A stretch of DNA of 64,000 nucleotides from a bacterium (lineage in GTDB: Bacteria; Patescibacteriota; Patescibacteriia; UBA1558; UBA10009), in NCBI GenBank assembly GCA_018672055.1, contig JABHGM010000001.1, positions 608,977-672,976 of the forward strand. Direction: 5' to 3'. The translations under genes and the position numbers were made by a program. This document shows positions 27,327 through 37,250 of this stretch, in pieces. The notes beneath the pieces are model-generated. The model was not told where the DNA came from. It ran no database searches and was given only the letters and a program-made list of their open reading frames with translations. Numbering within the stretch: the stretch's first letter is position 1; the number at the start of each line of letters is the position of its first letter.

Positions 27327-28483
27327 AAAAAAAGCTAAAAAAGAAACTTAAAAGTTTATTAATGTATCCATTCGCTCATTCATCATTTGAGCATAAACCT
27401 GATTTTGTTTTAATAATAACTTTAGGCGTTTTAACTTTTGTCGGGCTACTTCTGTTATCATCTGCTAGTTCTGTTCAAGCATTTCAAAAATTTAATGATA
27501 GTTATTACTTTTTAAAGAATCAGGTTATAAGAGGCTTAATACCAGGTATTATTGCTTTTTTTATTGTCTCACGTATTGATTTTAGAAAATGGAAAGGTTT
27601 AGCTTTTTGGATGTTAATTGGCTCTATTGCCTTACTTATTTTAGTTTTCATACCAGGCATTGGCGTTTCCTATGGTAAAGCGCAAAGTTGGATAAGTGTC
27701 TTTGGTTTTTCATTTCAACCAACTGAGATTGTTAAATTAACTTTTTTAATATATTTAGCTACTTGGCTAGCTAAAAAAGATGAACATCAAATAAAAGATT
27801 TTGAATATAGTTTTTTACCTTTTCTTTTTGTTTTAGGTGTTATAGTATTTTTAATTTTAGCTCAACCTGATCTTGGAACTTTAATTGTAATTTTAGCTAT
27901 TTCATTTATGGTTTACTTTGCGGCAGGGGCGCCTTGGAAACATATCTTAGCCTTAGTTGGTGGTGGAGTAATTATATTATTTATTGCTATTCAAATTGCG
28001 CCATATAGATTAGATAGAATTACAGCATTTTTTAATCCTGGAATTGACCCGCAAGGTTCTAGTTATCATATTACACAGGCAAAACTTGCTATTGGTTCTG
28101 GCGGTATGTTTGGTATGGGTATGGGTAAATCAAGACAGAAATTTAATTATTTACCTGAAGTATCAGGCGATTCAATATTTGCAGTTATTGCCGAAGAAAT
28201 GGGCTTTTTCTTTGCTGTAGCTATACTACTTTCCTTTTTAACTATAATGATACGTGGTTTTAAAATCGCGAGGGGTTCACCTGACAATTTTGGTAAGCTT
28301 TTAGCTATTGGTATTACCAGCTGGATTTCTTTTCAAGCATTTGTTAATATTGCAGCAATGGTAGGACTTTTGCCTTTAACAGGCATTCCTTTGCCTTTTA
28401 TTAGCTACGGTGGTACAGCTTTGACCATATTATTACTAGCTTCTGGAATACTAGTAAATATTTCCAAACAAACAAAAAATTAA
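27323..28483 (+). CDS. ftsW: SEDS-family peptidoglycan glycosyltransferase FtsW/RodA
   Basis: Ten-TM protein with conserved PEVSGDSIFAVIAEE and PLPFISYGGT motifs. Confidence 0.85.
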   Translation: MKKKLKKKLKSLLMYPFAHSSFEHKPDFVLIITLGVLTFVGLLLLSSASSVQAFQKFNDSYYFLKNQVIRGLIPGIIAFFIVSRIDFRKWKGLAFWMLIGSIALLILVFIPGIGVSYGKAQSWISVFGFSFQPTEIVKLTFLIYLATWLAKKDEHQIKDFEYSFLPFLFVLGVIVFLILAQPDLGTLIVILAISFMVYFAAGAPWKHILALVGGGVIILFIAIQIAPYRLDRITAFFNPGIDPQGSSYHITQAKLAIGSGGMFGMGMGKSRQKFNYLPEVSGDSIFAVIAEEMGFFFAVAILLSFLTIMIRGFKIARGSPDNFGKLLAIGITSWISFQAFVNIAAMVGLLPLTGIPLPFISYGGTALTILLLASGILVNISKQTKN

Positions 28484-28485
28484 TT

Positions 28486-29493
28486 ATGAAAGTTATTTTA
28501 ACAGGTGGTGGTACATTAGGTTCTGTTAGTCCTTTAATAGGTATTTGGCAGAAACTTAAAATTCAAGACAAAAATCTTGAAACTATTTTTATTGGTACAA
28601 AACATGGACCTGAAAAAGAGTTTGTTAGAAAATATAATATATTATTTAAAAGTATAGCAGCTACTCGATTTAGAAGATATTTTAGCTTATTTAATTTATT
28701 AATACCTTTTTTAATTTTAATATCATTTATTCAATCACTAATTATATTATTAAAATACAAACCAGATTGGATAATTTCAGCAGGTGGTTATGTGCAAGTA
28801 CCTTTGATTTGGGCTAGTAAATTTTTTAAAACTAAAGTTGTACTATATCAATCTGATTTAAAAGTAGGACTAGCTAATAAATTAAATACTTCACAAGCAG
28901 ATTTAATATTTACTACTTTTTCTGAATCAAAAGAATATTTTAAAGATAAAAGTAAAGTACAAGTAGTGGGCACTGTTTTAAGAGATGAAATAAATAATGT
29001 AGCTAGTGAAATAGATAATAGTATTTTAGTTTTAGGTGGTGGTACTGGAGCAAGTAGTATAAATAGTTTAATAAAAGATTCACTAGATGAATTAACTATA
29101 AATTACAAAGTTATTCAAGTTACGGGCAAAGGTAAGCAGATTGATATGAAACATGATAATTATGAACAACATGAAATATTACTAGATGATTATTATGAAA
29201 AGATAAGTAAAGCTAAGCTTGTTATTTCAAGAGCTGGTTTATCATCTATTATGGAACTTGCATATCTTTCTAAAAATACTATTTTAATTCCTTTACCTAA
29301 TTCTCCTCAGGAAAGTAATGCAGAATATATTTGTGAAAGAAATGGAGCAATTTGCTTAAATCAAGAGGGCTTAACTAAAGATAGATTTTTAAAAGAAGTA
29401 AAAAAAGAAATTAATTTAGGAAGTAATTTTAATGAAATATTTAAGCTTCATGGTGAAGAGATAATAGCTAAAATAATATATGGATTTAAGTAG
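28486..29493 (+). CDS. murG: Undecaprenyl-PP-MurNAc-pentapeptide UDP-GlcNAc transferase MurG
   Basis: GGGTLGSVSP N-terminal G-loop. Dcw cluster position. Confidence 0.85.
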   Translation: MKVILTGGGTLGSVSPLIGIWQKLKIQDKNLETIFIGTKHGPEKEFVRKYNILFKSIAATRFRRYFSLFNLLIPFLILISFIQSLIILLKYKPDWIISAGGYVQVPLIWASKFFKTKVVLYQSDLKVGLANKLNTSQADLIFTTFSESKEYFKDKSKVQVVGTVLRDEINNVASEIDNSILVLGGGTGASSINSLIKDSLDELTINYKVIQVTGKGKQIDMKHDNYEQHEILLDDYYEKISKAKLVISRAGLSSIMELAYLSKNTILIPLPNSPQESNAEYICERNGAICLNQEGLTKDRFLKEVKKEINLGSNFNEIFKLHGEEIIAKIIYGFK

Positions 29494-30847
29494 TATAAAA
29501 AAAGTACATCTAATTGGTATTGGTGGTATAGGCATTTCAGCTATTGCTAAGTTTTTATTTGAGAATGGAAAACAAGTAACTGGTTCTGATGTAGAAAAAT
29601 CAATAGTAATAGACCGGTTAAATGATTCAGGAATTAAAGTAGTTATTGGTCATAATGAATCAAATATTTCAGAGGATATTGATTTAGTAATATATTCAGT
29701 AGCTGTCCCAGAAGATAATATAGAGCGACTTAAAGTACGAGAGTTTGGTATAAAAGAAATCACATATGGTGAGTTTTTAGGCGAGCTTAGTCTTAAATAC
29801 AAAACTATTGCTGTAACTGGTACTAATGGTAAAACTACAACTTCTTCTTTACTAGGTAGTACTTATGTTGACCTTTATTTAGATCCTACAGTTATAATAG
29901 GTAGTTTACTAAATAAATTTAAGGGTAATCTGCATTTAGGTAGTTCTGAGTATTTAATTGTTGAAGCTGATGAGTATAAAGCAAATATGCTTAAAGTAGA
30001 CCCAACTCATATATTACTTACATCTATTGAAGAAGATCATTTAGATTTTTATAAAGATATCGATGATATAATTCAACATTTTCAAAAGTTTGTTGATAAA
30101 TTACCTGAAGATGGATATTTAATATATAACGGTGATGATGTAAATATTAAAAAACTTTACTTACCTGATAATTCAATAAGTTGCGGTAAGGATGATAATT
30201 CAGATTATTATTATCAAGATTTAGTTATTAAAGATGGTCAACAAAAATTTAAAGTATATTATAAGAGTAAATTGCTTGATGATTTTAATTTAACTATACC
30301 TGGAGAATATAATGTATTAAATTCTTTAATGGTTATTGCTTTGTCACATAAATTAAAATTAAATTTAAAAGATGTGAAAGAGTCACTCATTAAATTTAAT
30401 GGTTTATGGCGAAGATATGAAACAGTTGGCATGCTAGAGGATAATGTCCTGCTTATTTCTGATTATACTCATCATCCAGATGCTATTATTAAAACATTGA
30501 AAGCTTCTAAAGATTTTTATCCAGACAGAAGACTATTTTTAGTCTATCAGCCTCATCAACACGATAGAACAAAGAAATTATTTAAAGATTTTGTTAAAGC
30601 ATTTGATCTAGCTGATTTTACTATACTTCATGAAATATATGATGTAGCAGGTAGAAAGTATAGTGGTGATGAAAAAGTAAGTTCTAATGATATAGTTAAG
30701 GAAATAAATAAAGATAATGTAATATATTCTGATAGTTTTGAAAAAACAAAAGAATTGATAAATAGTAATTTAAAGCCAAATGACTTACTTCTTGTGATGG
30801 GTGCTGGGGAAATTGATAAAATAGCCAGAGAACTATATGCTAGATAA
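29480..30847 (+). CDS. murC: UDP-N-acetylmuramate--L-alanine ligase MurC
   Basis: HLIGIGGIGISAIA and VTGTNGKTTT motifs. Confidence 0.85.
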   Translation: MDLSSIKKVHLIGIGGIGISAIAKFLFENGKQVTGSDVEKSIVIDRLNDSGIKVVIGHNESNISEDIDLVIYSVAVPEDNIERLKVREFGIKEITYGEFLGELSLKYKTIAVTGTNGKTTTSSLLGSTYVDLYLDPTVIIGSLLNKFKGNLHLGSSEYLIVEADEYKANMLKVDPTHILLTSIEEDHLDFYKDIDDIIQHFQKFVDKLPEDGYLIYNGDDVNIKKLYLPDNSISCGKDDNSDYYYQDLVIKDGQQKFKVYYKSKLLDDFNLTIPGEYNVLNSLMVIALSHKLKLNLKDVKESLIKFNGLWRRYETVGMLEDNVLLISDYTHHPDAIIKTLKASKDFYPDRRLFLVYQPHQHDRTKKLFKDFVKAFDLADFTILHEIYDVAGRKYSGDEKVSSNDIVKEINKDNVIYSDSFEKTKELINSNLKPNDLLLVMGAGEIDKIARELYAR

Positions 30848-31790
30848 ATTTAAAAAAATAGATCCAGACATTAAAGAAAACTTTTCATTAAAAGAGTTTA
30901 CTACTTTTAAAATAGGTGGAAATTGTAAATACTTTTCTTTAGTTAAAGATGTTAAGCAATTAGTAGAACTAATTAAATTAGCTCGTAGTAATAATGTTCC
31001 AATTCAATTAATAGGTGGTGGTAGTAATATATTAATTTCAGATAATGGATTTTCTGGGTTAGTAATTAAATTACAGTTTAATACTTTAGAAATTAAAGAT
31101 ACTAATGTAGAGGTAAGCGCTGATATAGAATTATCTGATCTTATCAATCAAACTGTTAATTCAGGGCTAATAAGTTTAGCTGTTATGATGGGCATTCCTG
31201 GGACCATTGGTGGAGCTGTAGTTGGTAATGCTGGTGCTTATGGTATTCAAATAAGTAATTTTTTTGAAAAAGCTACTGTTTTAGATAATAACTTAGAAGT
31301 TAAAGAGTTGAGTTGTGATGATTTAGATTTTAAATATAGGCATAGTATTTTAAAAGAAAATGATTGGATTGTTTTAAATATTAATTTAAAGTTAGAAAAA
31401 GGGGATAGAGATGAAGCTTTAAAGAAAATGTCTGAAATAGTTGATGACAGAGAATCCAAGCATCCAGGTTTTCCTTCTGCTGGTAGTACTTTTAAGAATA
31501 TTGAAATAAATGATGAAGTAATTAGTATCTTAAAAGATAAGAATATTGAAATACCAAATAAGTTTATTGAATATAAAAAGATACCAGCGGCATTTTTAAT
31601 TGATCACTTAGGTTTAAAAGGAAAAATTATTGGTGGAGCTCAAATATCAGATGAACATGCAAATCATATTATAAATGCTAAAGATGCTAAAGCAGATCAC
31701 GTTGTTCAATTAATTAGCTTTGTAAAGATGAAAGTACGTGATGAAATAGGTATTCAACTTAAAGAAGAAGTACGATATATTGGATTTTAG
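30837..31790 (+). CDS. murB: UDP-N-acetylenolpyruvoylglucosamine reductase MurB
   Basis: FAD-binding GGGSN motif and C-terminal GSTFKN…; follows murC. Confidence 0.85.
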   Translation: MLDKFKKIDPDIKENFSLKEFTTFKIGGNCKYFSLVKDVKQLVELIKLARSNNVPIQLIGGGSNILISDNGFSGLVIKLQFNTLEIKDTNVEVSADIELSDLINQTVNSGLISLAVMMGIPGTIGGAVVGNAGAYGIQISNFFEKATVLDNNLEVKELSCDDLDFKYRHSILKENDWIVLNINLKLEKGDRDEALKKMSEIVDDRESKHPGFPSAGSTFKNIEINDEVISILKDKNIEIPNKFIEYKKIPAAFLIDHLGLKGKIIGGAQISDEHANHIINAKDAKADHVVQLISFVKMKVRDEIGIQLKEEVRYIGF

Positions 31791-31799
31791 ATAAACAAA

Positions 31800-31828
31800 A
31801 AACATAATGAGATTATATTATGTTTTTT
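31800..31828 (+). terminator. Bidirectional rho-independent terminator between murB (+) and the prs-like gene (-)
   Basis: AAACATAAT(gagattat)ATTATGTTT 9-bp stem, A-tract before and T-tract after. Confidence 0.65.
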
Positions 31829-31836
31829 CATTTACT

Positions 31837-32847
31837 TTATAAATCGAAGAATTTTTTAGCTGTTGATCTTTCATCAATTATATCTTTAACTAAATGAGAA
31901 ATATCCTCTGACACATCAACTACATTAATAGCTAGTTCGCCTTTAGAATTTTTAATCTTTAAAAATTCTGGGTTAATTGGAGTTGTATTTGTTATATGTA
32001 ATTTATCTAACCAACCTCTTGAAAATGCTTCTGAAATGTTAGAAAATGTTGTATCTTCTGTTGGATCAAAATGGACAGCAAAAGCGTGTATTTCTGGTGC
32101 TTTAAATTCTTCTTTTAAATTTTTTAAAGTTTTAAGCATTGTACCAAAGCTTAATACCATATCATCAAATATACCTATTTTATTACCAACTAATTTACCA
32201 TAAGTTTTTGAATCTTTAAGAGGTATGTTTTTTAAACCAATAGTTTGTTTTTCATCATGAGCTTTTGAAGTAATAAAAATTGGATTATTAGTAACAAGTT
32301 TTTCATCAACTTTATAAGCTCTTTTTAATGATCCTTCATCAGTACAAGCTATTTGATCAATACCTGTTTCTTTAGCTAATTCAATTAACTTGGAAATCAA
32401 GTAAAATCTACGTCTTCTAACTGGATAAAAGTATCCGAGATGAGTGGAATGATGAGGATCAAATACATTTATTGAATTAGGTTTAAGTCTAACAATACGT
32501 CTAGCTAGATAAGGTAGATTAGGAATATGACCAGCTGTATGCTCAATATCATCTTTACCACAGAACCAAGGGAAGATAAAATGTAATTCTTTAGCTCCGC
32601 CACAAGCATCTGCCATTAGTTCTAATTCTTCAATAGGTGAACCTATTCCTCTATAGATTAGAGGAGTAATAATAATTATTTTTTTACCAGCTACACTTTT
32701 TTCATCTGGTCTATCAGCTCTTGGATAACCATTTCCCCAGGTACCTGTATCAATAAAAAGAGGATCACATTTTAAATGAGAAGCTATTTTATTTAATAAG
32801 TCAGGATGTGTTTTACCTGAAACTATTATAAAATTATTATTTTTCAT
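31837..32847 (-). CDS. Divergent ribose-phosphate pyrophosphokinase-family (PRTase) protein
   Basis: Prs-like N-domain (FIIVSGKTHPDLLNKIASHL), DPHH…GYF resembling DLHA…GFF, and PRPP-loop IGIFDDMVLSFGTM. Confidence 0.55.
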   Translation of the reverse strand: MKNNNFIIVSGKTHPDLLNKIASHLKCDPLFIDTGTWGNGYPRADRPDEKSVAGKKIIIITPLIYRGIGSPIEELELMADACGGAKELHFIFPWFCGKDDIEHTAGHIPNLPYLARRIVRLKPNSINVFDPHHSTHLGYFYPVRRRRFYLISKLIELAKETGIDQIACTDEGSLKRAYKVDEKLVTNNPIFITSKAHDEKQTIGLKNIPLKDSKTYGKLVGNKIGIFDDMVLSFGTMLKTLKNLKEEFKAPEIHAFAVHFDPTEDTTFSNISEAFSRGWLDKLHITNTTPINPEFLKIKNSKGELAINVVDVSEDISHLVKDIIDERSTAKKFFDL

Positions 32848-32894
32848 ATATTTATATTTCTATTTTATTCTTTATTAACAAAATGTCAAATAAA

Positions 32895-32921
32895 AAAGCT
32901 GGTTTTAGTAACCAGCTTTTT
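32895..32921 (-). terminator. Terminator separating the two prs-family genes
   Basis: AAAGCTGGTT-TTAGT-AACCAGCTTT hairpin. On the minus strand it is followed by TTTTTTATTT. Confidence 0.6.
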
Positions 32922-32923
32922 GT

Positions 32924-33856
32924 CTATTTTGGAAATAGACTACTAATTGATTCTTCGTTGTGGATATTTGAGATTGCTTTTCCAAAAAGGCTTGATACAG
33001 ATACTACTTTTATTTTTTTATGAGTCTTCTTAAGCTTTATTGTATCTGCTATCCAGATTTTTGTTACTTTGGATTCTGAGATTCTTTCAAGTGCTGAACC
33101 AGAGAGTACTGCGTGTGGTATCATTACATGTACTTCCTTAGCTCCTTCAGATAATAGTTCTGCAACAGCACTACATATTGTACCTGCAGTATCAATTAAA
33201 TCATCAATAATCACACAGATTCCATCTACAACACTACAATGGAGAATGGCCTTATCTACTTTGTTATCTTCAGGTCTGTTTTTGTCAATTATTCTGAGAG
33301 GCCAATTATATCTCTTTGCTATACCGCCTACTGTCTTAGCAGCACCATGGTCAGGTGCTACTGCAATTATCCTTCCGGATAATGTTGGTATCATAGATTC
33401 AAGTATAGTGTCGGCAGCCCATAATGGATCAACTGGTATTTCAAAGAAACCTTCAATAGCTGGTGCATGTAGATCCATAGTTAATATTAGATGAGCACCA
33501 ACTTTTTCAGTAAATATGGCCACCATCTTTGCTGTTATTGGTACCCTTGGTTCAGATTTACGTTCCTGTCTTGCATAACCGTAATATGGAATTACTGCTG
33601 TGATGCGTCTTGCTTTTGCTCTTTTTGCTGCATCTATAGCTATCCAAAGCTGAAACCAGTGATCTATAGGTGGTTGAGTGCTAGCGATTATAAATACATC
33701 CATTCCACGTATATTTTGTTGAAATTGACAATGCCATTCACCATCAGAGAAGTCTTTAAATGTCAGTTTTCCTAAGTCGATTTTTAATGACTTACATACA
33801 TCAGAAGCAAATTGTTTACTGTCTGGTATTGCAAATATTCCAAATTTTCCGTTCAT
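32924..33856 (-). CDS. prs: Ribose-phosphate pyrophosphokinase (PRPP synthetase). The track ORF extends to 33904.
   Basis: GGAG-AAAA-ATG precedes the start MNGKFGIFA. Motifs ITAVIPYYGYARQERK, DLHAPAIEGFF, VIIDDLIDTAGT, NEESISSLF. Confidence 0.85.
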   Translation of the reverse strand: MNGKFGIFAIPDSKQFASDVCKSLKIDLGKLTFKDFSDGEWHCQFQQNIRGMDVFIIASTQPPIDHWFQLWIAIDAAKRAKARRITAVIPYYGYARQERKSEPRVPITAKMVAIFTEKVGAHLILTMDLHAPAIEGFFEIPVDPLWAADTILESMIPTLSGRIIAVAPDHGAAKTVGGIAKRYNWPLRIIDKNRPEDNKVDKAILHCSVVDGICVIIDDLIDTAGTICSAVAELLSEGAKEVHVMIPHAVLSGSALERISESKVTKIWIADTIKLKKTHKKIKVVSVSSLFGKAISNIHNEESISSLFPK

Positions 33857-33981
33857 TTTTTCTCCAAATTTATGATTGTTGCTATTATTAGTATGTACGA
33901 GCACCTAAATCTTAATGAAAAATCAAAGGATTGTCAAATTAGTAGATATTTGTTAAAATAACCCCGTTTATTATATAAATT

Positions 33982-36651
33982 ATGAATATATTAGAAAAAT
34001 TTTTTGGTGATGCTAACGATAAGTATTTAAAGAGTTTAGACCCTTTAGTTTCTGAGATAAATGGATTAGAAAAGGATATCAAGCCTTTAAGTCAAGCTGA
34101 ACTAAAAAAAGAACTAAAAGCAGGTAAATCTTTAGAAGATATCTTACCTGTTGCTTTTGCTATGGTTAGAGAAGCAGCTTGGAGAACTTTAGAACAAAGA
34201 CATTACGATGTTCAATTAATAGGTGGTATTGTCTTGCATAAAGGACAAATTGCTGAAATGAGAACTGGTGAAGGTAAAACTTTAACAGCAACACTAGCTG
34301 TTTATTTAAATGCTTTAGAAGAAAAAGGTGTTCATGTTATAACAGTAAACGATTATCTATCACGTCGTGATGCTGTTTGGATGGGTCAGATATATAATTA
34401 TTTAGGTTTAAGTGTTTCATGTTTACAACATGATAGTGCTTTTCTTTACGACGAAACATTAGACGCTACTGATTCTTTAGATACTGAAAGAGATTTAGGA
34501 ATAAAAGTATCTGATAAATTTTTAAAGCCTGTTTCTAGAAATGAAGCCTACGCAGCAGATATTACATATGGTACTAATAATGAATTTGGTTTTGATTACT
34601 TAAGAGATAATATGGTACCTGAGCTTGGTAAAAAAGTACAAAGACCTCTTAATTTTACTATTATTGATGAAGTTGATTCAGTTTTAATTGATGAAGCTCG
34701 TACTCCACTAATTATTTCAGCTCCTGCTGAAGAATCTAATGATAAGTATTATCAATTTGCTAAGCTAGTTAGGATTCTATCTGAAAACGAAGATTACAAT
34801 ATAGATGAAAAGATGAGAAGTTGTACTTTAACTGAAGATGGAGTAAGTAAAATTGAAAAAGCTTTGAATGTAGATAATATTTACGAGACTCACGGTATTA
34901 ATACTTTGCATCATTTAGAAGAAGCTTTAAAAGCTGAATACATATTTAAAAAAGATAAAGATTACGTTGTTAAGCAAGGTGAAGTTATTATAGTAGATGA
35001 ATTTACTGGAAGGCTTATGCAAGGTAGAAGATATTCAGGTGGTTTGCATCAAGCAATTGAAGCTAAAGAAGCAGTTACTATACAAAGAGAGAGTGTTACT
35101 ATGGCAACGGTTACATTCCAAAACTATTTTAGAATGTACAATAAAATTGCAGGTATGACTGGTACTGCTGCTACTGAAGGTGAAGAATTTAGTAAAATAT
35201 ATAGTTTAGATGTAACTATTATACCTACTAATAAGCCAACTGTTAGAAAAGATAATAATGACAAGATATATGTTAATGAGTTGGCTAAGTACCACGCTGT
35301 AGTTAAAGAAATAAAAGAGCGTAATAAAAATGGACAACCTGTTTTAATTGGTACTATATCAATTGAAAAAAATGAAGTATTGTCTCAGTTACTTACGCAT
35401 GCTGGTGTAGAGCACGAAGTACTTAATGCTAAGAATCATGCCAGAGAAGCTGAAATTTTAGCTCAGGCAGGACGTTTTGGAGCAGTTACTGTAGCTACTA
35501 ATATGGCTGGTCGTGGTGTTGATATTATACTTGGAGGTAATCCTAAAGTAGAAACTGATTATGATAAAGTAATTGATTTAGGTGGTTTACATGTTATTGG
35601 TACTGAACGTCATGAATCTAGAAGAATTGATAATCAGTTAAGAGGTAGAGGTGGCCGGCAAGGTGATCCAGGCTCTTCTCAGTTTTTTGTATCAATGGAA
35701 GATGATTTAATGAGAATCTTTGGTAGTGATAGGATGAAGAATATTATGACTACTCTTAAAGTACCTGAAGATATGCCAATTGAAAATAAGTTATTGTCTA
35801 GATCTATTGAATCAGCTCAACGTAAAGTTGAAGGTAATAATTTTGATATACGTAAACACTTAGTTGAATATGATGATGTTTTAAGTAAACAGAGAAATTT
35901 AATTTATGATAAACGTGATGAGATATTAGAATTGCATGAGAAAAAAGAAGAAGCTAGTACTAAAGATTTAGTAATAAACATGGTTTCACAAGAATTTACA
36001 CAAATTATTTCATTTCATTTGCCAGAAGATAATAAGAAAGAAATTATTGAAAACGTTTCTACTATATTTCCTTTAAGTAATGATGAAAAGAAAGAAATAG
36101 AAAATAACTTAGTAGATGAGTTAAAAGCTAATGAATATTTAAATAATTTAGCTCTCGATAAGTATAGTAAGATGGAAGAGCAATTAAAAGGCATGCCTCA
36201 ATTTAAAGAAACTCAGGAACCTTTAAGAGAAATTGAAAAGTTTGTTATGATTAGAACTATAGATAATTTATGGGTTGAACATTTAGAAGCAATTGAACAT
36301 TTAAGAACTGGCATTGGTTTACGAGGTTATGGACAAAGAGATCCATTAATTGAGTATAAGAAAGAATCATTTAATTTATTTGAACAATTATTATCAGAAA
36401 TTCAGAATCAAGTTGTTCATGCTATATTTAAATACGGTGGTGTAAGTGCTTTACCTCAAGGTCAAAATAAACAGGCTACAACTGAAGTAAAGAGTAGTGT
36501 TAATGCTTTTCAAGCAACTCAGAATAAGAAGAGCCAAGTTAAACAAGAAGTAGCTAGTAAGATTAAAGATGATAGTGGTAAAAAAGTAGGACGTAATGAT
36601 CCATGTCCTTGTGGCAGTGGTAAAAAATATAAGAAATGTTGTGGTAAATAA
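33982..36651 (+). CDS. secA: Preprotein translocase ATPase SecA
   Basis: DEAD-like motor motifs ([20 protein letters not shown]). C-terminal zinc-binding [14 protein letters not shown]. Confidence 0.95.
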   Translation: MNILEKFFGDANDKYLKSLDPLVSEINGLEKDIKPLSQAELKKELKAGKSLEDILPVAFAMVREAAWRTLEQRHYDVQLIGGIVLHKGQIAEMRTGEGKTLTATLAVYLNALEEKGVHVITVNDYLSRRDAVWMGQIYNYLGLSVSCLQHDSAFLYDETLDATDSLDTERDLGIKVSDKFLKPVSRNEAYAADITYGTNNEFGFDYLRDNMVPELGKKVQRPLNFTIIDEVDSVLIDEARTPLIISAPAEESNDKYYQFAKLVRILSENEDYNIDEKMRSCTLTEDGVSKIEKALNVDNIYETHGINTLHHLEEALKAEYIFKKDKDYVVKQGEVIIVDEFTGRLMQGRRYSGGLHQAIEAKEAVTIQRESVTMATVTFQNYFRMYNKIAGMTGTAATEGEEFSKIYSLDVTIIPTNKPTVRKDNNDKIYVNELAKYHAVVKEIKERNKNGQPVLIGTISIEKNEVLSQLLTHAGVEHEVLNAKNHAREAEILAQAGRFGAVTVATNMAGRGVDIILGGNPKVETDYDKVIDLGGLHVIGTERHESRRIDNQLRGRGGRQGDPGSSQFFVSMEDDLMRIFGSDRMKNIMTTLKVPEDMPIENKLLSRSIESAQRKVEGNNFDIRKHLVEYDDVLSKQRNLIYDKRDEILELHEKKEEASTKDLVINMVSQEFTQIISFHLPEDNKKEIIENVSTIFPLSNDEKKEIENNLVDELKANEYLNNLALDKYSKMEEQLKGMPQFKETQEPLREIEKFVMIRTIDNLWVEHLEAIEHLRTGIGLRGYGQRDPLIEYKKESFNLFEQLLSEIQNQVVHAIFKYGGVSALPQGQNKQATTEVKSSVNAFQATQNKKSQVKQEVASKIKDDSGKKVGRNDPCPCGSGKKYKKCCGK

Positions 36652-36656
36652 AATAC

Positions 36657-37211
36657 ATGAAACTTAATGAAGAAGAATTAATAAAAATAGCAAAGCCTTA
36701 TTTTGAATTAGCTAGAGATGGTGATTGGAATCATGCACTTAGAGTTGTTGATTGGGTCAAAAAATTATCTTTTGATAGAGATGATTTAGATTTATTAATT
36801 ACAGCTGCATATATTCATGATATTGGCTGGTCTGGAGTTGCTCCAAAAGGTAAAATTGATCTTGACGAAATGTTGATATTAGAATCAAAAGCAAATGAAA
36901 ATTCATCTAGATTAATTACAGAAGTGTTAACTAAGTTAAATTTTACTGATTCAGATATTTTTAATGTAATAAGATTAGTAACTGCGGCAGATACTAGAAA
37001 AGGAGATAAAGATGATGAATCTATAATTATTGATGCAGATAATTTAAGTAAGCTGTGTATAGAGCATTTACAAGAGAAATATCAACCTAAGAGTTTTATG
37101 AAATTAATAAATATTTGGAAAGAATTGGGTTGGACAATTAAAACTGAAAAAGGTAAAGAATTGTACCCTAAGCTTTTAGCTGATATTGAAAAAGTAGTTA
37201 ATAATAAATAA
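36657..37211 (+). CDS. HD-domain phosphohydrolase
   Basis: H…HD: NHALRVVDW … AAYIHDIGW. Confidence 0.65.
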   Translation: MKLNEEELIKIAKPYFELARDGDWNHALRVVDWVKKLSFDRDDLDLLITAAYIHDIGWSGVAPKGKIDLDEMLILESKANENSSRLITEVLTKLNFTDSDIFNVIRLVTAADTRKGDKDDESIIIDADNLSKLCIEHLQEKYQPKSFMKLINIWKELGWTIKTEKGKELYPKLLADIEKVVNNK

Positions 37212-37250
37212 CTTGCCAAATCATTTAAATGTGCTAGAATATTGTAAATT

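Noticed and set aside
31247-31459. Minus ORF inside murB
   Set aside because: Shadow ORF.
33069-33775. Plus ORFs 33069..33494 and 33491..33775 inside prs
   Set aside because: Antisense to a canonical PRPP synthetase.
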